NCBI GenBank assembly: GCA_040756875.1
Contig: JBFLYH010000001.1
Coordinates: 608,001-672,000, forward strand
DNA from: a candidate division FCPU426 bacterium
Lineage (GTDB): Bacteria; Oederibacteriota; JAAXVQ01; JAUVAV01
Length of the DNA: 64,000 bases
Direction: 5' to 3'
Below, in pieces: positions 30,403 to 40,499 of this stretch. How positions within the stretch are numbered: the first letter of the stretch is position 1; each line of letters begins with the position of its first letter. Below the pieces are notes generated by a model. The model was not told where the DNA came from. It did not search any database and worked only from the letters and a program-made list of their open reading frames with translations. The position numbers and the translations under genes are program-made.

Positions 30403-31593
30403 ATGCAGATTGCCAGAAGAATGCAAAGGATCTCGCCTTCACCCACGTTGGCCATTGACGCCAAAGCCAAACAGATGAAAGCCTCAGGGATCGACATTAT
30501 CAATTTCGGAGCCGGGGAGCCGGATTTTGACACCCCCGAGTACATCAAACAGGCCGCGATTGCCGCCATTCAAGCCGGGTACACCAAATACACTCCGGCT
30601 TCCGGCTCGCCTGAATTAAAAGAGGCGGTATGCGAGAAATTCCGCCGGGAGAACGGGCTCGATTATTCCATGAAGGAAGTCATCATCAATTGCGGGGCCA
30701 AGCATTCCATCTACAATGTTTTTCAGGTGTTGATCAACCCGGGCGACGAGGTCTTGATCCCCGCGCCCTATTGGGTGACCTATCCGGAGGCCGTCAAGCT
30801 GGCCGGCGGAAAACCGGTTTTCATCAAGACCACCGAAAAGACCGGTTTCAAAGTGCCGGCTTCGGTTCTGAGACGGAAAATTACGGCTAAAACGAAAATG
30901 GTGGTCATTAACTCTCCCAGCAATCCCACCGGCGGGGTATATACTCCTGAAGAGTTGAAGGAATTAATGAAGGTGGCCATGGGGAAAAAGATTTATGTCC
31001 TTTCCGACGAGATCTACGAGCATCTGGTTTACGACGGCGCCAAGCACGTCTCGCCGGCTGCGGTGCTGCCCGAGGCCAAAGCCTGGACCGTGGTGATCAA
31101 CGGCGTGTCAAAATCCTTTTCGATGACCGGCTGGCGGATCGGTTACACAGCCGGCCCGGAAGCGGTGATTTCGGCCATGGGCAATCTGCAAAGTCACTCC
31201 ACGTCCAATCCCACCAGCATCGCCATGAAAGCGGCCGTGGCAGCCCTGACCAAACCTGCGCAGGAACTGCCCAAGATGCAGGCGGCCTTCAAGGAACGTC
31301 GCGATTTTATCGTGAGCCGGCTGAATGCCATCGGAGGGGTGACCTGCCTCAAACCCCAGGGCGCCTTTTATGTCTTTCCGAACATAGGGGCCCTGCTGGG
31401 GCAACGGTTGGGCGGAACCCTGATGTCCACCGGTCAGCAAATCGCGGAATACCTGCTGGAAAAAGCCCGGGTGGCCGTGGTCCCCGGCGACGGCTTTGGC
31501 GCGGATGAATACCTGCGCATCTCCTATGCCACTTCCATGGAGAATCTCAAGCAGGGCATGGCCAGGATCGAGGCGGCCCTGGCTGAAGCCTGA
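30403..31593 (+). CDS. PLP-dependent aminotransferase class I (aspartate aminotransferase-like)
   Basis: GEPDFDTP; NSPSNPTG; DEIYE; SKSFSMTGWRIGY. Confidence 0.93.
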   Translation: MQIARRMQRISPSPTLAIDAKAKQMKASGIDIINFGAGEPDFDTPEYIKQAAIAAIQAGYTKYTPASGSPELKEAVCEKFRRENGLDYSMKEVIINCGAKHSIYNVFQVLINPGDEVLIPAPYWVTYPEAVKLAGGKPVFIKTTEKTGFKVPASVLRRKITAKTKMVVINSPSNPTGGVYTPEELKELMKVAMGKKIYVLSDEIYEHLVYDGAKHVSPAAVLPEAKAWTVVINGVSKSFSMTGWRIGYTAGPEAVISAMGNLQSHSTSNPTSIAMKAAVAALTKPAQELPKMQAAFKERRDFIVSRLNAIGGVTCLKPQGAFYVFPNIGALLGQRLGGTLMSTGQQIAEYLLEKARVAVVPGDGFGADEYLRISYATSMENLKQGMARIEAALAEA

Positions 31594-31632
31594 GGCTGTG
31601 CTTCAATAATCCGATAAACCGAAGGAAACATC

Positions 31633-34287
31633 ATGATCAATTGGCTATTGACCAAACTGTTTGGTACCAAATCCCAACGGGACATTAAACGGCTGCTCCC
31701 GATCGTGGAACGGATCAACGGCCTGGAACCCGGGCTGAAATCCCTGAGCGATGAGCAGCTGCGCGCCAAAACCGAAGAGTTCCGTCAGCGCCTGAAAACC
31801 GGAGAGACGCTCGACGACTTGCTGCCCGAAGCATTCGCGGTCGTGCGCGAGACCTCGGTCAGGACGCTGGGATTGAGGCATTTCGACGTCCAGATGATGG
31901 GCGGCATCGTTCTTCACCAGGGTAAAATCGCCGAAATGAAGACGGGGGAAGGCAAGACCCTGGTGGCGACCCTGCCCGTGTATCTCAACGCCCTGACCGG
32001 GGCGGGCGTGCATCTCATTACAGTCAACGATTATCTTGCCGAACGCGATTCCATGGGCGCCGGAAACTTCCGCGGGATGGGCGAGATTTACCGGTTTTTG
32101 GGTCTGACCGTGGGTTGCATCAAGCATGGATTGAACTCGAGGGAGCGCCAGACCGCTTACGCCTGCGACGTGACCTATGGCACCAACAATGAATTTGGAT
32201 TCGATTACCTCCGGGACAACATGGCCATTCATCCGGACGAACGGGTGCAGCGAAAGCTGAATTTCTGCATCGTCGACGAAGTGGATTCCATTCTGATCGA
32301 CGAAGCCCGGACGCCGTTGATTATTTCGGGGCCGGCCGAGGAATCCACGGATAAATATTACCGTGTCGACAAGATCATTCCGCGCCTCAATGCCGCCGCC
32401 GATTATACCATTGACGAAAAGTCCCGGACCGCGGTTCTGACCGAAGAGGGGATTGCTCACGCGGAAAAATTAATGGCCGTGGGCAACCTATACGACCCCC
32501 GCAACGTGGAGATTCTGCACCACATTCATCAGGCCCTGAAAGCCCACGCTTTGTTCAAACGCGACCGTGATTACGTCGTCCAGGAAGACCAGGTGGTGAT
32601 TGTGGACGAGTTCACGGGGCGGCTCATGCCAGGGCGGCGTTTTTCCGAAGGGCTGCACCAGGCGCTGGAAGCCAAAGAAGGCGTTCGCATCCAGCGGGAG
32701 AACCAAACCCTGGCCTCCATCACTTTCCAGAATTATTTCCGTCTCTACAACAAATTGAGTGGAATGACCGGAACGGCCGACACCGAGGCCGAGGAATTCA
32801 TGCACATCTACAAACTGGACGTGGTCGTCGTTCCAACCAACCGCCCCATGATCCGCGCAGACCACGGCGACCAAATCTTCCGAACGGAACGGGAAAAATT
32901 TGCGGCCGTGGCGCAGGAAATCAAGGAAGCTTATACGCAGGGAAAGCCGATTCTGGTCGGCACGATCTCCATCGAAAAAAACGAGACGTTGTCCGAACTT
33001 CTGAAACGGCAGGGCATACCCCACCAGGTCTTGAATGCCAAGCACCATGCCCGTGAAGCCGAGATCGTCGCCCTGGCCGGGCAACCCAAAGCTGTAACCA
33101 TCGCGACCAATATGGCCGGACGGGGAACGGACATCGTGCTGGGGCCGGGCGTCAGGGACCTGGGCGGATTGCACATCATTGGCACCGAAAGGCACGAAAG
33201 CCGCCGGATTGACAACCAGCTGCGCGGGCGCTCGGGGCGGCAAGGCGATCCGGGTTCCTCCCGATTTTACGTCTCCCTGGACGACGATTTGATGCGCATT
33301 TTCGGTTCCGAACGGGTAGGGAATATGCTGCAGAAGCTGGGACTGCAGGAAGGCGAAGTCATTGAGCATCCCTGGATCACCAAGGCCCTGGAGCGCGCCC
33401 AGCGGACGGTTGAGGGGCACAACTTCGACATCCGCAAGCATCTTTTGGAATACGACGATGTCATGAACAAACAGCGCTCGGTGATTTACGAAGAGCGGAC
33501 CCGGGTACTGGAAGGCGAAGACCTTCACGAGCACATCCTGGGGATGATCGACGACATCATCGACACCGGGCTGCCCGAGTTGACGCCGGAAAAAGTTTAT
33601 CCGGAGGAATGGGAATGGGATCATTTGCGCGCCTGGGCCCGCCAATATCGCGTGGAACTGCCCTGGACGCAGGAAACCTATCATGAGGCCAGCCGCGAAA
33701 AAATTGCGGAAGCGTTCAGGGCCGGGGTGTTAAACGGTTTTTCGCAGCAGGAAACCACCATGGGGCCGGAAGTCATGCGGCAGTTGGAAAGGGCCCTGTT
33801 GCTGCAAATCGTAGATCAGCACTGGAAAGAGCATTTGTACGATATGGATAAACTGAAGGAAGGCATTGGCTTGCGCGCTTATGGGCAAAAAGACCCGTTG
33901 CTGGAGTATAAACGGGAAGGATTCGAGATGTTTGCGGCCATGATCCTGCAGATCAAGCAAGAGCTGATCCAGCTGTTGTTGAAAATCCAGGCGTATAATC
34001 CCTCAGAACAGCGGCCACGTTCGGCATTGGCGGGAGGCCGTTGGACCGAATCGAGGCCAGAATTCGTCCAACCGCAGCGGCCGGTCGAACCCGCGGGAGT
34101 CATGGCGCCGCCGGGAGCCGGCGGAATGCCGATGATGGGGCAGGGCCCCAGGGATATGACCCAGGCCGTGCCTACCGGAGGCCAGACGAAAGTCGAGCCC
34201 ATCCGCCGGGCAACTCCCAAAGTCGGGCGTAATGACCCGTGTCCTTGCGGTTCGGGGAAGAAATATAAAAAGTGTCATGGACAATAA
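31633..34287 (+). CDS. secA: Preprotein translocase ATPase SecA
   Basis: [38 protein letters not shown] motif [19 protein letters not shown]. Confidence 0.98.
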   Translation: MINWLLTKLFGTKSQRDIKRLLPIVERINGLEPGLKSLSDEQLRAKTEEFRQRLKTGETLDDLLPEAFAVVRETSVRTLGLRHFDVQMMGGIVLHQGKIAEMKTGEGKTLVATLPVYLNALTGAGVHLITVNDYLAERDSMGAGNFRGMGEIYRFLGLTVGCIKHGLNSRERQTAYACDVTYGTNNEFGFDYLRDNMAIHPDERVQRKLNFCIVDEVDSILIDEARTPLIISGPAEESTDKYYRVDKIIPRLNAAADYTIDEKSRTAVLTEEGIAHAEKLMAVGNLYDPRNVEILHHIHQALKAHALFKRDRDYVVQEDQVVIVDEFTGRLMPGRRFSEGLHQALEAKEGVRIQRENQTLASITFQNYFRLYNKLSGMTGTADTEAEEFMHIYKLDVVVVPTNRPMIRADHGDQIFRTEREKFAAVAQEIKEAYTQGKPILVGTISIEKNETLSELLKRQGIPHQVLNAKHHAREAEIVALAGQPKAVTIATNMAGRGTDIVLGPGVRDLGGLHIIGTERHESRRIDNQLRGRSGRQGDPGSSRFYVSLDDDLMRIFGSERVGNMLQKLGLQEGEVIEHPWITKALERAQRTVEGHNFDIRKHLLEYDDVMNKQRSVIYEERTRVLEGEDLHEHILGMIDDIIDTGLPELTPEKVYPEEWEWDHLRAWARQYRVELPWTQETYHEASREKIAEAFRAGVLNGFSQQETTMGPEVMRQLERALLLQIVDQHWKEHLYDMDKLKEGIGLRAYGQKDPLLEYKREGFEMFAAMILQIKQELIQLLLKIQAYNPSEQRPRSALAGGRWTESRPEFVQPQRPVEPAGVMAPPGAGGMPMMGQGPRDMTQAVPTGGQTKVEPIRRATPKVGRNDPCPCGSGKKYKKCHGQ

Positions 34288-34353
34288 CTGACATCGAATT
34301 GCCTAAAATACTAGGCGGAAACGTTTCTGTCGTAATCTGTAAATGAAATAAGA

Positions 34354-34382
34354 TTGACAGACGAAAATCAATCTGTTACTAT
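34354..34382 (+). promoter_or_regulatory. Sigma70 promoter for the tRNA pair
   Basis: TTGACA, 17 nt spacer, TACTAT, with extended -10 TG. Confidence 0.7.
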
Positions 34383-34406
34383 TTGTCCTCTTTTGACATG
34401 GATTAC

Positions 34407-34482
<76 letters not shown>

Positions 34483-34598
34483 GATTTTCGCTGCGCGAAA
34501 ATCAGAGCAATCGTGTAATTGGCAATTGAACAATACGCCACTCGCCTTGCGGTTTGTTGTTCACTGGCTCTATTTTCTCGTGTGTAAATATACATTTT

Positions 34599-34674
<76 letters not shown>

Positions 34675-34705
34675 GAAAAGAACAAACCTATGGTTTTTGA
34701 AATCG

Positions 34706-34748
34706 CCTAAGTCAATCCCTCCGCAGGAGGAGAGGATCTTAGGTTTTT
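34706..34748 (+). terminator. Putative intrinsic terminator between the tRNAs and rpsP
   Basis: cctaag...cctccgcaggagg...cttagg followed by TTTTT. Confidence 0.5.
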
Positions 34749-34806
34749 GCGGAGGGAGCCCCGGACGTTTGTCCGGGGGGGCACTCCACTACAGAAGGAG
34801 AAACTC

Positions 34807-35076
34807 ATGGCAACCTTGATCAAACTGCAGCGATACGGAACCGTTCATAAACCGTTCTGGCGTATTGTTGTGACGGATTCCCGTAAACCGAAAGGGTGCA
34901 TCGAGCAATTGGGGACGTATGACAATTTGCGGAAACCGGTCAAACTGACGTTGAACGAAGACAAGGCGAAACTGTGGATTTCCCGCGGTGCCGTGTTGAC
35001 GATGTCGGTGCGGAAGATATTCCACCGCCGCGGTTTGTTGGCCGCTTCGAATAAAACCTCCGGTGCATCCGCGTGA
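34807..35076 (+). CDS. rpsP: 30S ribosomal protein S16
   Basis: RBS AAGGAG; IKLQRYG...FWRIVVTDSR...IEQLGTYD; conserved operon context. Confidence 0.93.
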   Translation: MATLIKLQRYGTVHKPFWRIVVTDSRKPKGCIEQLGTYDNLRKPVKLTLNEDKAKLWISRGAVLTMSVRKIFHRRGLLAASNKTSGASA

Positions 35077-35303
35077 AACAGTTGGTGGAATTCATCGCCA
35101 CTTCCTTGGTTGACAATCCCGGCGCAGTCAGCGTCCAGGAGGAAAACGGAACCGAGGGCCTCGTGATCAAACTCAAGGTTGCCAGCGAGGATTTGGGGCG
35201 CATTATCGGGCAAAAAGGGCAGACCGTAAAAGCGATCAGGCAACTTCTGACCGCTGCTGCCGCCAGGACAAAGAGCCGGGTCTCCCTCATCGTTCAGGAA
35301 TGA
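35073..35303 (+). CDS. khpA: KH-domain RNA-binding protein
   Basis: LVDNP; DLGRIIGQKGQTVKAIR; between rpsP and rimM. Confidence 0.9.
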   Translation: MKQLVEFIATSLVDNPGAVSVQEENGTEGLVIKLKVASEDLGRIIGQKGQTVKAIRQLLTAAAARTKSRVSLIVQE

Positions 35304-35833
35304 GTCCTCAGGCCGACCGTCCGGCCGCCTCCGAGGAATGGGTGTTTATCGGCAAAATCGGAGCTGCGCACGGCATACACGGCGAAGTCAAGTTGTTTCC
35401 GCTCAGCGACGTGCCCGGGCGTTTTCAAAACCTGAAACGTGTTTTTTGGATCGGACCGAAAGCCGAAGCGCGAACCCTTCAAGTCGCCGCCTGCCGGGCG
35501 ATGGACCGGTTTTATTTAGTGGCGTTTGAGGGGATAGAAACCAGGGAGCAAGCGTCCGGTTTAACCAATGGCCATCTGGCCTTGCCGCGACAGGAACGCG
35601 GCAGCTTGCCTTCGGGCCAGTATTTTGTGGACGATATCGTCGGAATGGAAGTCGTCGGCGAGGATGGGAAATCTTTTGGCCGGGTGGCTGCGGTCTGGCA
35701 GACAGGATCGAACGACGTCTACGAAGTCCGGGGCCCGGAAGGCGAACGCATGCTTCCGGCGGTGCAGGGGATTATATTGCGGATTGACCTGGCGGAGCGC
35801 CGAATGATCGTGCGCCCGCCTGATGAGGCGTGA
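35300..35833 (+). CDS. rimM: 16S rRNA processing protein RimM
   Basis: IGKIGAAHGIHGEVK; TGSNDVY. Confidence 0.93.
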   Translation: MSPQADRPAASEEWVFIGKIGAAHGIHGEVKLFPLSDVPGRFQNLKRVFWIGPKAEARTLQVAACRAMDRFYLVAFEGIETREQASGLTNGHLALPRQERGSLPSGQYFVDDIVGMEVVGEDGKSFGRVAAVWQTGSNDVYEVRGPEGERMLPAVQGIILRIDLAERRMIVRPPDEA

Positions 35834-36606
35834 CCATGGCTGGTGAACCGACCCGGGTGGTTACGATTTTGACCTTGTTTCCCGAAATATTGAAAGCCGC
35901 GTTCGGGCAGTCGATTTTATTGCGGGCCCAGCGAAAGGGTTTATTTGAACCGAGGCTGATCGACATTCGCGACTATGCCCGCGACAAGCACCGCACGGTG
36001 GACGATAAACCCTACGGCGGCGGCAGCGGGATGGTTATGAAGGTCGAGCCCATCGCCCGGGCATTGGCAGCCGCGAGGCGCGCGGGCTCCTTGGGGAAGG
36101 TGTATTTGCTGACTCCGACCGGCCGGCGCTTCGATCAGGCCATGGCGCAGGAAATGGCCCAGGCGCAGGCTTTCACCCTGCTGTGTGGAAGGTATGAAGG
36201 GATCGACCAGCGGGTTGAAGATCATCTCTGCGACGGTGCGATTTCCGTCGGCGATTATGTCCTAAGCGGCGGGGAACCGGCTGCATACGTGGTCGTGGAT
36301 GCCGTCATGCGCCTGGTGCCCGGCGTGCTGGGGGCTGGGGATTCGGCATTATTGGACTCTTTTTCCGGTGGCTTGCTGGATTACCCGCATTATACGCGTC
36401 CGCCGCGGTATCGTTCCTGGCAGGTGCCGAAAGAGCTGCTCTCCGGACATCACCACCAGGTAACGGTCTGGAGGCGTGAACAACAAATAAAGCTCACCGA
36501 ACAGCGACGACCGGATCTTATCCGGGTCGCGGAGAGCAAACCGCATAAGACACAGGCGGAATCGCGACGGCTGCCAAAACGCCGTAAAGCAGGAGGAAAG
36601 CCATGA
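35830..36606 (+). CDS. trmD: tRNA (guanine-N1)-methyltransferase
   Basis: VDDKPYGGGSGMVM; CGRYEGIDQR; SVGDYVLSGGE; YPHYTRP. Confidence 0.96.
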   Translation: MTMAGEPTRVVTILTLFPEILKAAFGQSILLRAQRKGLFEPRLIDIRDYARDKHRTVDDKPYGGGSGMVMKVEPIARALAAARRAGSLGKVYLLTPTGRRFDQAMAQEMAQAQAFTLLCGRYEGIDQRVEDHLCDGAISVGDYVLSGGEPAAYVVVDAVMRLVPGVLGAGDSALLDSFSGGLLDYPHYTRPPRYRSWQVPKELLSGHHHQVTVWRREQQIKLTEQRRPDLIRVAESKPHKTQAESRRLPKRRKAGGKP

Positions 36607-37091
36607 ATATCGGGGAAACCATCAAGCAAGTCGAAAAAGCCTATTTGCGGAAGAAGCGCCTTCCCACCTTCAAACCTGGCGATGTCATCAAGGTATTCAG
36701 CCGGATCAAGGAAGGTGAAAAAGAGCGCATTCAGGTTTTTGAAGGAATGGTTATAGGCCGCAAAGGCACCCATTTGCGTGAAATGATCAAGGTTCGCCGA
36801 ATCGCTTCCGGGGTTGGAGTGGAAAGGATCTTCAATCTTCATTCGCCCATGATCAGTGAAATCAAGGTCGTGAAACATGGAGAAGCTTCGCGCGCCAAGT
36901 TGTACTATCTACGGGGGAAAACCGGGAAACATGCCCGTGTCCGGCAAATGAGAAGGGAAAAAATGCTGCAATTGCAGGCACAGGAGCAAAGCGCCATGGA
37001 AGCGGAGCAAGTCGCCTCAGCCCTGGCGGCGGCCCAGGAGGCCGCTCCGATCGCGGCAGACAAGGATGCGTCCAAATCCACCGAGGCGTGA
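36603..37091 (+). CDS. rplS: 50S ribosomal protein L19 (with C-terminal extension)
   Basis: FKPGD; EGEKERIQVFEG; GVGVERIF; RAKLYYLR. Confidence 0.95.
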   Translation: MNIGETIKQVEKAYLRKKRLPTFKPGDVIKVFSRIKEGEKERIQVFEGMVIGRKGTHLREMIKVRRIASGVGVERIFNLHSPMISEIKVVKHGEASRAKLYYLRGKTGKHARVRQMRREKMLQLQAQEQSAMEAEQVASALAAAQEAAPIAADKDASKSTEA

Positions 37092-37753
37092 GCATGGGCC
37101 CGATAACGCTTTCCGCTTCAGGAAAGCTGGGGACGAGACTCCAATTCGAAATAAAGGCGCGTACCGAGGGATATAAACGGGTGGCCGGACTGGATGAAGC
37201 CGGCCGCGGACCCCTGGCCGGCCCTGTCGTTGCTGCCTGCGTGATTTTACCCGAAGATTGTCAAGGACTGGAAGACCTGGACGATTCCAAGAAGCTTTCA
37301 GCCGAAAAACGCCGTGAACTTTTTATTCTCATCCATGAACGGGCCTTGCATGTGGGAGTCGGCATCGTGGATGCCGGCACCATCGATCGGATCAATATCC
37401 TCCAAGCCACCTTTCTGGCCATGCGCAAAGCGGTGGCCGCGCTATCGGCCCAACCCGATTATTTGCTTATTGACGGCAACCGGCGCCCGGAATGGGCCGG
37501 AGCGGCCGCTTCCTGCCTGGTACGTGGCGAATCGCAATCCTTATCCATTGCCGGCGCTTCCATTATTGCCAAAGAAACCCGGGATCGGATCATGCTCGAC
37601 TACGACCATTTGTATCCGCATTGGGGTTTTGCGCGGCATAAAGGCTATGGCACCCAAGCCCATTTGGAAGCCATACGACGCCACGGCGTCTGCGATCTTC
37701 ACCGCCGCAGTTTTGCTCCTATACAGCAACTGACCCTGGCATGGGCCGATTAA
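37088..37753 (+). CDS. rnhB: Ribonuclease HII
   Basis: GLDEAGRGPLAGPVVAA; DSKKLS; HKGYGT; HRRSF. Confidence 0.95.
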   Translation: MSMGPITLSASGKLGTRLQFEIKARTEGYKRVAGLDEAGRGPLAGPVVAACVILPEDCQGLEDLDDSKKLSAEKRRELFILIHERALHVGVGIVDAGTIDRINILQATFLAMRKAVAALSAQPDYLLIDGNRRPEWAGAAASCLVRGESQSLSIAGASIIAKETRDRIMLDYDHLYPHWGFARHKGYGTQAHLEAIRRHGVCDLHRRSFAPIQQLTLAWAD

Positions 37754-38097
37754 ACCGCAGCAGCGGTCTGGCAGGCGAGAAAGCCGCAGCCGAATATCTT
37801 CTGCGCCATGGGTACAGCATCCTGGAAAAAAATTATCGTACACCCTGGGGTGAAATTGATCTTATTGCCAAGCAAGAAGACTGCTTGTGCTTTATTGAAG
37901 TAAAAAACAGAAGACAGGGTGTATACGGGCATCCCTTGGAAGCCGTAAGCGCGTTAAAGCAAAAAAGAATCACGCGGGCAGCCCAAGCATATCTATCAGA
38001 AAAATTCATTTCCCAAGAACCTAGTTGCCGGTTTGAAGTAATCGGCATTGATGAAAATGGTGAAATTACGCATATTAAAGATGCTTTTCAAGCATAA
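37741..38097 (+). CDS. yraN: YraN family (UPF0102) endonuclease-like protein
   Basis: GEKAA...NYRTPWGEIDLIA...FIEVK; follows rnhB. Confidence 0.9.
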   Translation: MGRLNRSSGLAGEKAAAEYLLRHGYSILEKNYRTPWGEIDLIAKQEDCLCFIEVKNRRQGVYGHPLEAVSALKQKRITRAAQAYLSEKFISQEPSCRFEVIGIDENGEITHIKDAFQA

Positions 38098-38265
38098 ATA
38101 AAACATTTCTTTGTTCCGTTCACTAAACCTATAATAAACAAATGCGATTCAGCCATTTGTAAATAACTGCAATAAATCCAATGTAAATAATATACAACGG
38201 AAAGTATCGATTGCGAATTGTATGCCTAAATAGGGCACACCATATAAAGGGAAAGTAAAAATATC

Positions 38266-38294
38266 TTGCGCAAAATATAGTATTGGACTATAAT
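38266..38294 (+). promoter_or_regulatory. Putative sigma70 promoter of the HU gene
   Basis: TTGCGC, 17 nt spacer, TATAAT, in AT-rich intergenic DNA. Confidence 0.6.
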
Positions 38295-38368
38295 TCGGCC
38301 AAGATAAGCGGAAGAACAAAACCTCAGCGTATTTCCGCAAAAATTCGAACAGGGAGGCGATCCAGAAA

Positions 38369-38650
38369 GTGATTACAAAAACCGAAATGTTGACGCAATT
38401 GGCAACCTCGACCGGGTTAAAGAAGAAAGATGTGCAAACCGTGCTGGATGCACAAACTAAACTTCTGTACAAAATTCTGAAGCGCGATAAAAAGTACAAA
38501 TTGCAAGGCTTGGGAATTTTTGCTGTGAAAAACCGTAAAGCCAGATTAGCCCGCAATCCGCAGACCGGCGAAGTCGTAAAAGTACCCGCCAAGACTGTCG
38601 TGAAATTCAGGGTTGGCAAGGATCTGAAGTCCAACGTTTTGGGAAAATAA
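38369..38650 (+). CDS. hup: HU family DNA-binding protein
   Basis: RBS GGAGG; GLGIF...RKARLARNPQTGE...PAKTVVKFR. Confidence 0.92.
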   Translation: MITKTEMLTQLATSTGLKKKDVQTVLDAQTKLLYKILKRDKKYKLQGLGIFAVKNRKARLARNPQTGEVVKVPAKTVVKFRVGKDLKSNVLGK

Positions 38651-38663
38651 CGAAATCAAGCGG

Positions 38664-38716
38664 AAACGGCTGCTCTCGGAGGAAATGACCTCCCACGAGA
38701 GCAGCCGTTTTTTTTT
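38664..38716 (+). terminator. Intrinsic terminator of hup
   Basis: aaacggctgctctcg / cgagagcagccgttt 15-bp IR followed by a T-run. Confidence 0.85.
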
Positions 38717-38718
38717 GC

Positions 38719-38747
38719 TTGACGTCAAGACCCCCTCTTTATACTAT
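38719..38747 (+). promoter_or_regulatory. Putative sigma70 promoter of the ATPase operon, with a palindrome over the -35
   Basis: TTGACG, 17 nt spacer, TACTAT; CTTGACGTCAAG palindrome 38718-38729. Confidence 0.6.
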
Positions 38748-38788
38748 AAAGCATAAACTATACCAACCAGAATAATAGGAGTCGATAG

Positions 38789-39895
38789 GTGAACAAGAAT
38801 CCTTTTCGTCACGGAGAAGCAGTAGGCGGCGATTATTTCACAGATCGATACAAAGAACGCGAGTTTTTATTAGCCGAGCTTTCCACGGGCCATAATGTGC
38901 TGCTTTCCGGGCCGCCTCAGTTCGGTAAATCATCCTTGGCCCGTAAAGTCATGTCCGAATTCGAACAACGCGGTGTAATGTCCGTTTATATCGATTTGGA
39001 CCGCGCCTATTCGCCCGCGAAGTTCATCGAAGTTTACCTGGCCGAATTGTTGCGCGCCGCTTTCCGCCAGACCAAGGAACTTCGGAGCTTTATTCAGGAC
39101 TTGACTCCCGAGGTGAAAAAGGACCTGCAACTGAAGGTGGAAAACAATGACGAACTGATTTTGGATCTGAATGAAAGTAGTAACTTGGAAGCCATGGCCA
39201 GCGCTGTGTTGGAATTGGCGCAACACACGGTAGATTATAAAAAACGCCCCTGTGTCGTGTGTTTCGACGAAATAACGATGGGCGGAAACCTTCCGGCCGC
39301 ACTGCGGGAACGCTTTGCCGAGGTGGCGCAGGCGCACGCTGGCGTGGGATATTTGCTGGTCAGCCTGGAACCACAGCTTCCAAAAGCGGGGGACAATAAC
39401 TGGCTATCCCTGCCCCTGGACAAGATCGAAGACCGCTATTTAAAGGGATTCATAAAAACCCGTTTTGAAAACACGGGGTTTCGCATCGTGGAACCGATCA
39501 TCGATGAAATCATTGAAATGACCTATGGACATCCCCATTATACCCAGATGGTCTGCCGTCAGCTGTGGAACCAGGGCATCCATGGGAAAATTATCACCAG
39601 CAAAAATTTAACACAAGCCATCGAGTCTATTTTGGAAGTCAACGAGGAGTTTTATGCGTTTTTATGGACGGATCTTTCGTTGCATCAGAAAAATCTGATG
39701 CTGGCTCTGTGCCGGGGCGGTGGCCAGAAAATCTTTTCGCAGGATTATGTGGTGCGTTTCGGACTGGGCAGTTTCTCTACTGTGCAAAAATCCCTCAACC
39801 GCCTGCTGGAACGCCAATTGGTGGAAAAACAAAAAGACCAGTACGCAATCCGGGATATGTTTTTCCAGCGTTGGCTGACCCGCAGAATGCTATAA
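38789..39895 (+). CDS. P-loop ATPase (archaeal-ATPase/STAND-like) with probable C-terminal winged helix
   Basis: NPF.HG...FTDR..E; Walker A GPPQFGKS; Walker B VVCFDE; GHPHYTQ. Confidence 0.8.
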   Translation: MNKNPFRHGEAVGGDYFTDRYKEREFLLAELSTGHNVLLSGPPQFGKSSLARKVMSEFEQRGVMSVYIDLDRAYSPAKFIEVYLAELLRAAFRQTKELRSFIQDLTPEVKKDLQLKVENNDELILDLNESSNLEAMASAVLELAQHTVDYKKRPCVVCFDEITMGGNLPAALRERFAEVAQAHAGVGYLLVSLEPQLPKAGDNNWLSLPLDKIEDRYLKGFIKTRFENTGFRIVEPIIDEIIEMTYGHPHYTQMVCRQLWNQGIHGKIITSKNLTQAIESILEVNEEFYAFLWTDLSLHQKNLMLALCRGGGQKIFSQDYVVRFGLGSFSTVQKSLNRLLERQLVEKQKDQYAIRDMFFQRWLTRRML

Positions 39896-39912
39896 GCCCG
39901 GCGGTTTGAAGC

Positions 39913-40422
39913 ATGTCAACCACGCGGGCCAAAGTTCCGGTTTATTTGGATATAGAAACCTCCTACCGCGGCGAAATCACCATTGTCGGGCTCTATACCC
40001 CCCGTCGGGGGACCAAGCAATTGGTGGGGGGGGAAGTAACGGCGTTGAACCTTTTGGAAGCGCTCAGGGATGCCGAAATCATCAAGACCTACAACGGAGA
40101 CCGATTTGACCTGCCGGTGATCCAACAACGGCTGGGTGTCGATCTCAAAGCGCTTTTGCCCCATGAAGACATCATGTACCGCTGTTGGCGCCACCATTTA
40201 AAGGGTGGCTTGAAGGCTGTTGAGCGTCAGTTGGGGCTTCATCGTCAATCGCAGGGCGTGGACGGGCTTCAAGCCATGGCATTATGGGCTGATTGGCAGG
40301 CTTCCGGCCGGCGGGAATCCCTGGAGATCCTGTTGCAGTACAATCGCGAGGATGTGGAACTGCTGGAACAAGTGGAATTGCGACTGGCGGAATTGGAAAA
40401 AAGCCGGAATAATGCAGGATAA
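39913..40422 (+). CDS. RNase H-like (RNase_H_2/YprB-like) 3'-5' exonuclease domain protein
   Basis: YLDIET; TYNGDRFDLP; GGLKAVE; YNREDV. Confidence 0.85.
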   Translation: MSTTRAKVPVYLDIETSYRGEITIVGLYTPRRGTKQLVGGEVTALNLLEALRDAEIIKTYNGDRFDLPVIQQRLGVDLKALLPHEDIMYRCWRHHLKGGLKAVERQLGLHRQSQGVDGLQAMALWADWQASGRRESLEILLQYNREDVELLEQVELRLAELEKSRNNAG

Positions 40423-40499
40423 ATCCGGTTGTCCGGCTTTTCCTTGAAATGCGCTTCTATTCCGCCAGCCTTTGTGGTAAGTTGTGGGAGGGAGCGCCT

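Noticed and set aside
38098-38340. AT-rich region as oriC or dif
   Set aside because: No DnaA boxes or XerC/D consensus seen
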